Positions 38,601-43,497 of a DNA stretch of 64,000 nucleotides are shown here, piece after piece. This DNA comes from a virus: the IMG/VR virus record IMGVR_UViG_3300022752_000020, positions 32,001 through 96,000 of that record; one strand, given 5' to 3'. Every line of letters begins with the position of its first letter. Position 1 is the first letter of the stretch. The notes beneath the pieces were generated by a model. That model made no database searches, had not been told where the DNA came from, and saw only the letters and a program-made list of their open reading frames with translations. The position numbers and the translations under genes are program-made.

Positions 38601-41337
38601 TGGCAACAAGATTAATAGGCTGCTTTAGTCTTTGAACACTATCTTCACTGTTGTTTGGACCTTCTTGTAAGATCTCGTTAATAATGTCAATTAAATTACC
38701 AATAGCTACAACTTCTGTACTAGTAGCTGGAGGTAAATCTGTACGTTGTGGTACAGCCTCTTGCCATGGATTTGGAGTTGGGCTGCAAGTAATTACATCA
38801 CGTACAAGTTCCTTCATGTACTTGTAAGCATTTACTGTCTGCTTGATCTGATTTGGTAATACACTCTTTAATACATTTGTGTCTTCATTAAAGTCAAAGT
38901 AATAAATGCCTGCTGTAACAGCTTGACGATTACCACCGTGTACAAGGTCAAAACAGATACTGTCAATAATGTAACCTACATCACGGCTACACTTAACTCT
39001 ATCATAATCAAATCCTGGGAATGCTCTACCTAAATAACTGATAACGTCATCTCTAATTGCTTGTTTATTTGTTTGTAGTGCTGTAAATGCAGCTTCAAGA
39101 TCAGCATCATTTAGACGCTTACCATTTGGCTGAATAAAATCACTTGTTCCTACGATTTCATTATCTAGTCCTTTTAAGAACAAACTAAACAAGGCACCAA
39201 GTCTATTAACCTGTGTTTGAGTAGTTGCTACTAGACCATTAGCTTCTTTAAACTGAGTTATTCCAGCTTGAGCACTTTCAATGGTATCTAAAATTACCAC
39301 ACGCTGTGAAAATAATTGAGCACGACCATAGGCATCAACAGTTGCTGGGACTTCTTCAGCTGCCTTAAGTTGGCTTAGACCATTTGCATAATTGTAATAA
39401 CGCTTGGCAGCATCTACTGTTTGGCTATTACCACCATAGATCAAGTCATAGCAAATTGCATCAATTGTATAACCAATATCTCTACCGCATGTAGCCTGCT
39501 TGTCTGCATCAAAGCCATAAATTACAATCTGTGGCCAGTTTTTCTTAATATAGTCAATAACTTCAGCTACAACAAATTTCTTATTAGCCTGTAAGTTCTT
39601 TACTAGATTAACTACACTTGCTTCTGTATCCTGTAAAGCTGGATATGCTAGCTTGTAATTATTTGTATCTCTATAATCTAAATAAGTTGTTAAAGTTGCT
39701 AGACCACCTGATGACATTGCTGTAGTAAGAATATCAAAATTGCTCTGTACTCTTGATAATAACACTGCATCTTCTTGCACAATAGGAGCAATTTGATCTC
39801 TTACAAACTTATAAGCTTCAATAGTTGGTACTCTTTGTTCTTCACTAATAGTATATGTTCCAGCAACGGCTGTCAAATATGTAATAGCAGCCTTGATAGT
39901 TCTATAGTTTGTACCAAATATAATATCATCTGCCACTGCTTCAATAACTAGTCCAACATCACGCTTGCACTTTGAACTTACAAAGGCTAAAGTTGGATAA
40001 TTCTTTTTCAAGAAAGCAATAGCAGCATCTTCAATTTGAGCTTTTCTATCTAATATAGTTTGTCTTAATACCTTATATTCTGGTTCTGCTGCATCTAGAT
40101 CAGGACCAACAATTAATGTTGGACTTAATGGACCTTCTGCTACAATTTTACTGATGATGGCAAATTCATCTTTTACAATACGCTTGGCTGTGGCTGTAGC
40201 ACTAGCAGTAGTCAATACACTGGCGGCAGTAACTTGAGCACGTTGAATAGCTGCTGCTGTTTGAACTTGTTGTTCAATACCAGTTGTAATATTATCTTTG
40301 GCCCAATAACGTAGGCCAGCAAATGTACTTTGTGTAGTACCTTCATATAATAGGTCAAATGCTAGACCATCTACTACAAGACCGTTATCTCTATCACATG
40401 TTGTTTGGTTGTAATTGGCAAAAAGTACACCATCACCAATGTTAGGACGTCTTGCTAAATTCTTAAATGTGATCTGACGACCAGCTGACTTCTTAACAAT
40501 ACCACGATATAATGGATCACTGGCACCACGACTAACTAGACCGTAGTTACCAAATGAGCTGTTGGACAAGTTAACTGAACAGAATCCACCGTTCTCACAC
40601 ATAAATGATATGTCACAGCAAATTGTAAAGATGGACACTAACTGTGTATTACCTCTGTTCAACATGTGAATACCAATACCACCTTGGTTATACTGTGTAA
40701 ACGCATCACAAACCATTGAACGTAAGCCTGTGGTCAATGCACCGTCAACACGCATACCTGTACCAGTAGTTGTAATACTTGTAACAGCCTGTGTGTATGG
40801 TGATGTTACGATTTCACCAGCACTACCGTCTGGTGGGAAACATACCGCAGCACTTGGTGCAATATGTCCTTTAAAGTTCATACAGAAGATGTAAGCGCCA
40901 TTGTATACCCAGAAGATATCCTTGGTTGGATTCTTTGGACGAACTGTGGTGTTACGCAAGTTGTCACCAACAACTGACACACGAGCTGGAACACGTAGTG
41001 GGTTATCTTCAATATACTCCCCACTCTTTAAGAATATAGTTGTGCCAGGAGTCGCTATGCTCAGTGCCTTCTTTAGTGTCAAAAAAGCTTGACCTAATGT
41101 CTTTCCGCTGTTACTATCATCACCGTTCTTGGCCACATAAAGTACATTAGGTACTTCCATTGCTCCAATTTCAATAATTTTCTGAATAGCAGCGAAACCT
41201 TCTGGTTGCTTGATTTCTTGTTTTGTAAACAGTTTACCATCGGCTGTGTTAAGTGCTAATTCGCCTAGGTCAATGCTATCTAGTGATGGTACTTTGCCAG
41301 GTATATCACTACGCTTAAATCTAATATTTGTGCTCAT
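20623..41337 (-). CDS. Giant virion fibre protein (6904 aa): gp37-like N-terminus, pectin-lyase-like beta-helix, 34 phycobiliprotein/globin-like CxxD repeats, inserted beta-domains
   Basis: N-terminus IRFKRSDIPGKVP..LGELALNTADGKLFTK resembles the T4 gp37 N-terminus. VLYVAKNGDDSNSG..TIFLKSGEY..VSVVGDNLR is a beta-helix cap. 34 copies of C-x-(R/E/Q)-D-h-x-x-h-h-(D/E). SD-like AAGGA and TAAATA upstream. Confidence 0.85.
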   Translation of the reverse strand: MSTNIRFKRSDIPGKVPSLDSIDLGELALNTADGKLFTKQEIKQPEGFAAIQKIIEIGAMEVPNVLYVAKNGDDSNSGKTLGQAFLTLKKALSIATPGTTIFLKSGEYIEDNPLRVPARVSVVGDNLRNTTVRPKNPTKDIFWVYNGAYIFCMNFKGHIAPSAAVCFPPDGSAGEIVTSPYTQAVTSITTTGTGMRVDGALTTGLRSMVCDAFTQYNQGGIGIHMLNRGNTQLVSIFTICCDISFMCENGGFCSVNLSNSSFGNYGLVSRGASDPLYRGIVKKSAGRQITFKNLARRPNIGDGVLFANYNQTTCDRDNGLVVDGLAFDLLYEGTTQSTFAGLRYWAKDNITTGIEQQVQTAAAIQRAQVTAASVLTTASATATAKRIVKDEFAIISKIVAEGPLSPTLIVGPDLDAAEPEYKVLRQTILDRKAQIEDAAIAFLKKNYPTLAFVSSKCKRDVGLVIEAVADDIIFGTNYRTIKAAITYLTAVAGTYTISEEQRVPTIEAYKFVRDQIAPIVQEDAVLLSRVQSNFDILTTAMSSGGLATLTTYLDYRDTNNYKLAYPALQDTEASVVNLVKNLQANKKFVVAEVIDYIKKNWPQIVIYGFDADKQATCGRDIGYTIDAICYDLIYGGNSQTVDAAKRYYNYANGLSQLKAAEEVPATVDAYGRAQLFSQRVVILDTIESAQAGITQFKEANGLVATTQTQVNRLGALFSLFLKGLDNEIVGTSDFIQPNGKRLNDADLEAAFTALQTNKQAIRDDVISYLGRAFPGFDYDRVKCSRDVGYIIDSICFDLVHGGNRQAVTAGIYYFDFNEDTNVLKSVLPNQIKQTVNAYKYMKELVRDVITCSPTPNPWQEAVPQRTDLPPATSTEVVAIGNLIDIINEILQEGPNNSEDSVQRLKQPINLVASTDTNKIRAFDLLMANRDFIRAEMLAYININWYTISDGDTKFARVNTATDLTLGTTTTGYPTVTYQPTTYKAIRDAVLAAKEDIKTETIKFMANSFFDNFSFNKPKCYRDVGLILDAILSDMVFGSNYKTINAAISYLRAYASEVVGAQKVQTVASLKAAKNITLKRIVAPSAKEEISTRFDIVIDILDGARVNEDGDIITNAKVTVNGVAYGYDPINGYGTALTFPIPTRNNEEDLDRKTAVNILRNNVEFIKDEIVGFIDANFTLNEFDRDKCARDVELIVDALSYDLAFTSNFRSISAGRAYYRANAAKVKGDQKLATVGAFRHLRKLAKELVKTNSLAVNSIESNMDIIIDIVDKGLETVPKYRMPFPEKGRAIEYKRARDLVEKNREFIIDDVLTYINTPGLELVKGVVKFKGVIGAFSTDGSFSVNPVTGQSEFTTLAVGDLIRISGKMFSGASISGYNSPSVYKVATVEARANPGTATEYTPGFKIVNLDGSPVVTTSSSGFTTTMRFEKITPGATSSTYANPAGFDVDKCRRDLNLILDALFYDTTYGGTLESKVAGLSYAVGTLSQLDPSGTQMDEVSATLRAYQYLKLVVQSVAQDLVWTPTVGNITTQVRSPNGSDGSATAAKEIGTCVDLIIKLIDDSVAESPPVADLATVPSVPSLDWIDTALKKSFDILQANKEDVKNKVADFVDDNYVLFGYDREKCRRDVGYVVEAVRYDMMFNSNFRSIVAGRSYYRAMASTVVKDQKTATLASFQYLKGKLLEIVKAVDPDNPTTAESASIQRVSRSMDTILKILENGLAVEPAFIITDPTSGSDNASNAERLKARNLIEANRAWIEDRVVAYITLNYPSLDYDETACRRDVEYILDAIYYDQTYGGNLETIIAAKAYYGGTSGVNLALGAGETAATVAAYNFLADLVEDVAEGTALTTNNDADGNAYTQNQPVTANAGNGTSGDKAKTLVTIIKNYINDPTTYTFSPSTPVTSWVDANILKFNTLLATTATINKLKNAVSDFVDMNFAYNKDKCARDVGFLIDAMCYDLLYGGNVDTTQAAIAYFDGAVTPKSTIPKQIIQTVAAYERLKEVVDQVVQLKDVKPSGQFQAKDRINASFDLLNKIILDGPGFTPRKPFVMPKPTATGAHAGNTDYFNAVKMIASNKQFLIAETTAFIDANSPPANYNKVKCERDVDLVLDAIMYDLTYGGNTATFIAADSYYANGSGPQGTLGAGELNATQQAFRFLGNLLKFVTSGSRVISQSLAGMTVKTATTDGTFTLTAPSNPLIVGDLITATKTATYTGTATITGLVVGGADPATQVIKTYKVVAVTSSTEIRLANVDGTAIVTAPGASGTTTGLTFTRNQQQSREVQRVGVGDATGTASDKARELVKTLLVDIITDGATATAKDAPVITWVDTTLQTLNTAINAAQFRVDVKAAVTALMADKFPGLGYTTTQASTGQTLQVECEQDIDAVIDAVRFDVMFGTNYRTQLAANAYYRGVTGAKNVLANQKDASIAVYEELRDWVLEKVALYTEEQNKNGSAGSSGAGDFARDRILDVNSFLNNTTLTNVAITGTAGQFQCAATTLVVGHQVTISGTNSGNGVVTNGTYKISATNGTTTFTLQTLANAAIGTTAGSTTGLTFTRIKADETLATTDWVDPDLVASSTLMNSNAATIKAAITTYISDRFPELQYSVTDCQEDIESIIDAVRYDMMFNSNFRTITAARAYYRAQASKVVGDQKVPTIEAFKLLKEKLVDLTKNVAVASERVADRMDLLINIVTKGEVVIPAYSCPSPTGYNTTYLASYGYARNLIESNREFLKAEILKYILSDAAFATLDFVESKCLRDMDLILDALYYDMTYGGNMESIIAGGAYYIGGVASGELVGSQTESISGDDLTASIAAFTRLSNLVKLVAQGDDVADLRIIAKQSPGDAGSSAAAQTAQSLAWVIRNLCNQDGSFAVAAPAFVEPSYGWVPNDLKFPNDLLVLYKTSDAAQVVSGTSYPGRSSLQSQVTEYIRQQLKMARVNNTSAPASNQEGTGPLAQVTVTRDGTWTDWFGATTVKPGVSGTNNLVNGQSYVIHTVGNTNWSAIGSAGAQTAGTEFVYNNALITGTTGRVVKVLKASQTVAGKRYKIKTIGTTSWTTYATTPVGAQDDVFIRNTTPLNAVAGEGTVYEMFTYDIDKCERDVGLVIDAVRYDMMFNTQFRTITAARSYWRQQANAALATGSTSLSNYPQTKPTELLFEFLKTRMRTLGETYENAAGYAAGGGGIPGIVANSVAYTRIGTLMDYIIDATQAANEAALLAALPQKPYSLPLPGGGLNNSRDEGYRLARDLIEENREFIKAELIAWIDQQKRENREGFASPFVFNRTKCKEDIDFILDAVYYDLTYGGNMESYTAGLAYYSGVTVNDSVQSDEKEATIRAYNHLGYILADVAKNVTVKSVQSELEQIRGTAGSVETAQKLSQLIDIVINVVKGGVKQVPVREEPNFLAGDETLAYVRIAVQEQKRELQARIADYIDSFILQYNTEKCARDVGLIIDAAMYDLVLNSNFQSVTAGSVYLQKAAQVVTSTQIGPQLQAIKFIRDQVIAVSQKPPLVKNEAAIARITNLFDLMFDIIDKGVEVAPSIVNTAPLGAAFNPNAVNAAASLIANKEFLKEEVVAYITANYKTYDQSRCSRDVGLIIDAALYDLLLGTNYNSVKAGLSYRRAASSLVLTDQLQETLGGIDFAKDKLVELLDDAAAIASVTQSFELISSIIGGGSVPKSPAMPIPGGSVYALPRPAGIRTRNPKYALAATKLRNEKANLKAAVSAWITTQINDSAAGQPLDSIWYTFTYTGTRVTKCEEDVGFIIDAIAYDLTYGGNMETLNAGYAYYEGTGDGVTDSLQDAEVKPTMAAYEFLAEQVRAILLADITIASAEISNEARDLILLVRNLIDARNNAIPGVTAPGQIWVDPLLQEISSTLNNNKSIYQDNIIDYVNNINTFTNNVVQIPNNYDVEKCRRDVGLVLDAIRYDMMFGTSFRTISAGRSYRRSFANVVNSGAQAAANLKAFQELKERILGKKLSGVTVDSTVLNAGTTTLSTGILSGDTLAGAGTITVASTVGFPTAGTISIGAEFFTYTGKGATTFTGVTRATGGTVAEAHGANDIITFVQSATSSIVTINNTTGQITFPNPAVDIAPTDYITVTGTVTTGTASIDDDTVTAGAQFTAPQTFKVSAITKGANTTTLTLLKLSSTATNPVAVTTITGANNTTTGLIFTRTTGKFTCTDTTTTRAGLLRKDLPVRVAGTYQTGTATLEDFSNIATQPKTYYIIGTPTTTSFQLSETIDGAPIRVTPGTTAGLTFEVRPSLDVLDEVITQGLLDTQTLDAKVAADALRPGVEYKIVTEGADVQTAGSFVVGGKYKVVLLGITDFNGAAGTTGITYAAGNEFTAADIGSGTGTARYITDYTKLGALSNSANQVFVATGTPSTTTGGSGQVKTIAIRERAERLFDIFLAILQGDAGNATLTSLGFNLDTGLDTPAKDGYVTTTLGAINNAVVGTITTVNNGTANFLSAGSIVIGDETISYTNKTSNTFTGCTRAVGAATTTLNGAIDASVTAITVASTTGFPNKGFLVIGTEQITYTGKTATTFVGLTRGSGTTTAASAINGATVRQGFSHASGAVVKNSTASFYIHPTPVLDVNDFDVQADYDAAVADQTSRITARNKINQARLTLERDLIQWIDDQVTNKNGNFDTTFETYWTQNSNANKAKCRQDIKFILDAITYDLTYGGNQETIVAGKAYYDGEALGTEKLGTADAYAYFKNLITTAAAGGAVATATTLVDQIISFIDPKIEDPIKVEADTSWVDSELYVFSDKLKSEAATVAKATTDYVNANFPVLAGNYNIEKCQRDVQLVVEAVRWDMMFNSNFRTIVAARSYYRSQVLTGTFTNGSNGSGSQKPATIAAFGVVKVALDEIVKSDDLAKDRVAALMDLVLNILNTGTGAIPQISTPYGATPNAVDIGYLNATNVVKANFEYLIEEAYRFVQANSPPAGYNVAKCKRDVGLILDAVLYDLTYGGSLETVTAAIAYYEANSPDAAVPDSLPLAQLTATKNAFSRIATVIEQVILNTDVNESASHSIAQIRSLNAGSAEAAAQAKALVNIVRDYLDSTITNKPTATKPSTSWVDNNLALFASTMLDRKTSLGLQVTDYIDATFQGFSYDKTKCQRDVGYVVDAVRYDMMFGNVFRSWTAGRAYLRSQVVTGNFTTLQQKEATLASFRFLKSLLLAVTGNNQTASNRVRAAMNVVIDVLEYGVTVSGTMDYGTDTYARNAYNPTWQAAVATIAAKKDSLLASMKTWLGTQTTSFLGYNEATCLRDVGYLIDAIRFDLTYGGNMESWVAGQSYYSGAVLGPTGTAPNEVGTTAHINLTKTAFTQLGTYIKAELSSAGNGTAVKTAVDALIDTVNQLITSAADTSVKEVVADASWAEVPLQEISVAMRLQTNTIKTDVGAYVDTNFPGLMTSTQKDKCVRDAGLLIDAVRWDMLLNSNFRSVTAGRSYWRNAVMLNADALATQQQKSATIAAFTYLKDRLQSISATNSIAYERVTANMDIILEIIQNGLNDQATPAINWPSATTTNAQKAAKALINNKTFLQKEISAYINATYNQYQYNEASCYRDVGFITEAVGYDMVQGGNYMTVRAAQGYLRANAVKVFDAEQKHITLLAMKYLKQLLGNYVGNNATASTEVKNRIETITKVLYGSSLVGGVPTAAASGEYAVPALNYGTAPTPAKWTATTLAGANGSTGTVIDTIINDVIAWIGANNPPSAYTVAKCRRDLQYILEGLRYDLTHGGNWATVINARSYYVGTANQLGPDSDETTATLAAYNYLKTQIDLLANIGGTVNGVTAATRVGQLIEIIRATITGGLSALPAIEYPELLGSDTAKEVSRNVLLSNKKNAQDKVIRWVNNRAYFVYDVLKCERDLGYILEAIYGDVATGSNFLSKTAGEAYLRNLASNAIAKTPRQKWAHIAALEYAKAALGDLVSTNADAGARIRSRLQVVIDILNEESNANVTVDLAAASTGRAAAEKTQIDTLALTASKDKISDALSEYMQDQFNSTYQALTAAGKLDECQRDIKLIVDAIVHDLYHGGNTATRVAARAYITGNALTLGNVTGEKATMLAVLAALKVVLASGTGGAPFTTGGNSISGGNTIATGYLTQGTLSADANTLIDIIIAVVTAESFSSMTALDLPDGYGTYAPAALILANAAELNQWKVFEYMNSRPYLDYTGNAGDATTIVGKCERDVDIIVDSVALDVANNTNYRSVTAGLSYLRSYSKVVTAEQKSATIGALYFIKKVFSTALSGDATALARARARMNEIIDIVNRGAVAAPALSITANAATTVITNNYDFVKAEVRAFIDRNYPELDYNKAKCERDVALILDALRYDIAYGGNNATTEAGLAYWEGNSLTLGTHATDIDDPDITGGENEKEATLAAYAQLKTVVQALLNNGAYTVLQSITSRVAGAGDNTKSTQAGNAIDRIIDIIDSADLTAALTAAAASSIAAPANPTTGGNATLLGLKTDADSGTAGNQSLKSLVSIEIKKAFMDTNGDGTGTKIQFFVYRQAKCEEDVGFVVEGLAFDALHGGNKESREVALQYAYKGGLVIPLATKAPTIGGFKRLEAILEDVLDGTMNNGTTGLAKTAGNNQTPVTTTVVSDATTISNVVTKAGYVNQALKGQTLPALVEPDVIANKTVDPEYLIIRAVARDAIPRIAAETITFINETYAGFGYLQDTCKRDVGLTIDAVAYDLIYGGNSRTKFAAEQYFSGGRFQIPADSKSATVACFVYLGALAAKVVRNEPIVTFQNYVDQDKSNTAATSSEVTNLGILFDAFTDILTNGYISVIQLDATFTSAVNDNTYATFHQVSTITTTGHTLEWVGTGIDVDSALPYNGGVPKPQNQLVSDKGGFINFTSTDEKGDFRIGPDLTIKRDSGSIIGRAFNKSLLGVVTPYILALQS
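20980..40415 (-). repeat. Array of 34 diverged, roughly 130-150-aa helical protein repeats with invariant Cys and Asp
   Basis: Counted by eye in the translation: 28 CxRD plus CEQD, CQED, CKED, CEED (x2) and CRQD. Confidence 0.9.
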
Positions 41338-41370
41338 TTATTTTCCTTTAACATGAAAATTCATACTTTA

Positions 41371-41376
41371 TATTTA
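41371..41376 (-). promoter_or_regulatory. T4-late-like promoter core TAAATA upstream of the 6904-aa gene
   Basis: Intergenic; the same motif recurs upstream of many genes in the window. Confidence 0.6.
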
Positions 41377-41397
41377 CCAAAAATGCAGGAAATACTG

Positions 41398-43485
41398 TTA
41401 GTACTCCCCACAATCGATCACTGTGTCCACTAACTTTCCACCTTTGATGTACCCTCCTACATTAAGGTCTTTGGTTATGTTAGTGTCGCCCTCTACTTCT
41501 AATTCTCTCTGAACTTTTACACTATCTTCTACCTCCAAGCTTTGGCTAACTCTTGCAGATGCTTCAACGTACAAGTTGTTGTCCACTGCAAAATTACCAG
41601 CGATAGCTAAATCTCTATTAATCTGTAGATTTCCATCTACTTCCAAATTATTATTAACATTGGTAACACCTTCACTACTACCAATTTCAATGTTTGTTGC
41701 TTCACCTGCAAAATTCACAGTCTTGGCTGTGGTATTTGCTAGATTAAATTCTGATGTACTAACTCTTAAATCACCACCATCAATATTAACATCACCATCA
41801 ACATCTAAGTTATTATTAATATTGGTTGTACCAGTACTAGCACCTATTTCAATATTTGTAGCAGCACCAGCAAAATTAACATTCTTAGCTGTGTTATTTG
41901 CAAGGTTAAATGTTTCTGTGCTGACTGTTAGATCTCCACCATCAATATTAACATCACCATCTACATCTAAATTATTATTAATATTGGTTGTACCAGTACT
42001 AGCACCTATTTCAATATTTGTTGCAGCACCAGCAAAGTTTACTGTGGTTGTTGTCTCATTTAATAAATTAAAAGTAGATGTACTGGCACGTAAATCTCCG
42101 CCATCAATGTTAACGTCACCATCAACATCTAAATTATTGTTAATATTGGTTGTTCCGGTACTAGCACCTATTTCAATATTTGTTGCAGCACCACCAAAGT
42201 TAATTGTTGTAGCATTGGCATTAGCTATATTAAATGTTGGTGTACTAACTGTTAAATCACCACCGTCAATATTCAAATCACCATCAACATCTAAATTTTG
42301 TCCGATATGAAAGTTACCGTCTACATTAAGATTACCATCAACATCTAAATTATTACGAACATTTGTTGTACCTGTTGTTGCACCAAGAACAATACTGGTA
42401 GCTGCTTTGGCAAAATTCACTGTAGTTGCTACATCTGGAATTAGGTTAAAAGTTTGACTAGTTGTCTTTAAGTCATCTCCATCAATAACTACATCACCAT
42501 CAACTTCAAGATTATTACGAACATTTGTTGTACCTGTTGTTGCACCAAGTAAAAGACTAGTAGCAGCACCAGCAAAGTTAATAGTTGTAGCAGTTGTGTT
42601 TAAAAGATTAAACACACTTTGACTAGTAGTTAAATCACCACCATCAATATTAACATCACCATCTACATCTAAATTATTATTAATATTGGTTGTACCAGTA
42701 CTAGCACCTATTTCAATATTTGTTGCAGCACCACCAAAGTTAATTGTTGTAGCAGTTGTGTTTAAAAGATTAAACACACTTTGATTAGTAGTTAAATCAC
42801 CACCTTGTATTTCTAAATCTTTCTTAATTACTGCATTTTCTTCAACAACAATATCACCTCTTAGTGTAATTAGAGTAGGTAAGGCTGGATTACCACGCAT
42901 TATGGGACTATCTACCTTAAATGCATAGTCAAATCCTTTTGGTCCTACATACCTATATCCAAATACATAGATAACATGACTACCGGTCATACCTGTTGGT
43001 ATTGTATTTCCATAAAAATGTAGTATACCAGCTTGATAATCAAAATACCATTCACCAGCACCTAATATACCATCAGCAAATATTTGTGTACCACCACTTG
43101 TACTTGGGTCTGTTAAACCACTATTACCGTAATAAACTTTTACTCTATAACTATTTGTAACATTAACTGTATCAAATTCAGGAGGGATCCAATCTGTGAG
43201 ACCAGTTTTCCATGTAGGATAAACAGTACCACTCATTCTTTGACTAGTAGTATCTGCTGTACATTCTACTCTATTATTTTGTAAGTAGCCTGTGACGGTG
43301 CCTATTGTTGCATTTGCAGTAGCAGGAACCAAATAGGCATTGAGCCAGATACTGTCCCCTCTATTTAGAGAGGGGCTGGCTATAGATTCATTACTTACAC
43401 TCTTGTTGGCAGCGGTATCAGTTTTAGCTACACCTGCTAACTTCTTTAGTAATAAATCAACTCTGGTTGTATCAGTTACGGCCAT
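41398..43485 (-). CDS. Putative fibre shaft/adaptor protein (695 aa) with seven 54-aa repeats
   Basis: N-terminal domain paralogous to 15536..16945. Repeats GGDLT..FNLLNTTATTINFGGAATNIEIGASTGTTNINNNLDVDGDVNID. C-terminal VIDCGEY. Confidence 0.8.
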   Translation of the reverse strand: MAVTDTTRVDLLLKKLAGVAKTDTAANKSVSNESIASPSLNRGDSIWLNAYLVPATANATIGTVTGYLQNNRVECTADTTSQRMSGTVYPTWKTGLTDWIPPEFDTVNVTNSYRVKVYYGNSGLTDPSTSGGTQIFADGILGAGEWYFDYQAGILHFYGNTIPTGMTGSHVIYVFGYRYVGPKGFDYAFKVDSPIMRGNPALPTLITLRGDIVVEENAVIKKDLEIQGGDLTTNQSVFNLLNTTATTINFGGAATNIEIGASTGTTNINNNLDVDGDVNIDGGDLTTSQSVFNLLNTTATTINFAGAATSLLLGATTGTTNVRNNLEVDGDVVIDGDDLKTTSQTFNLIPDVATTVNFAKAATSIVLGATTGTTNVRNNLDVDGNLNVDGNFHIGQNLDVDGDLNIDGGDLTVSTPTFNIANANATTINFGGAATNIEIGASTGTTNINNNLDVDGDVNIDGGDLRASTSTFNLLNETTTTVNFAGAATNIEIGASTGTTNINNNLDVDGDVNIDGGDLTVSTETFNLANNTAKNVNFAGAATNIEIGASTGTTNINNNLDVDGDVNIDGGDLRVSTSEFNLANTTAKTVNFAGEATNIEIGSSEGVTNVNNNLEVDGNLQINRDLAIAGNFAVDNNLYVEASARVSQSLEVEDSVKVQRELEVEGDTNITKDLNVGGYIKGGKLVDTVIDCGEY
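41625..42805 (-). repeat. Seven ~162-bp (54-aa) coding repeats
   Basis: Near-identical DNA segments such as atattggttgtaccagtactagcacctatttcaatatttgt recur. Confidence 0.9.
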
Positions 43486-43497
43486 TATCTATCCCTA

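Noticed and set aside
20623-41337. Calling the giant protein a true cpc/apc/cpe gene or concluding the host is a cyanobacterium
   Set aside because: The similarity is motif-level and from memory. The X/Y helices are absent and there are no photosynthesis or bilin genes in the window, so the host cannot be inferred.
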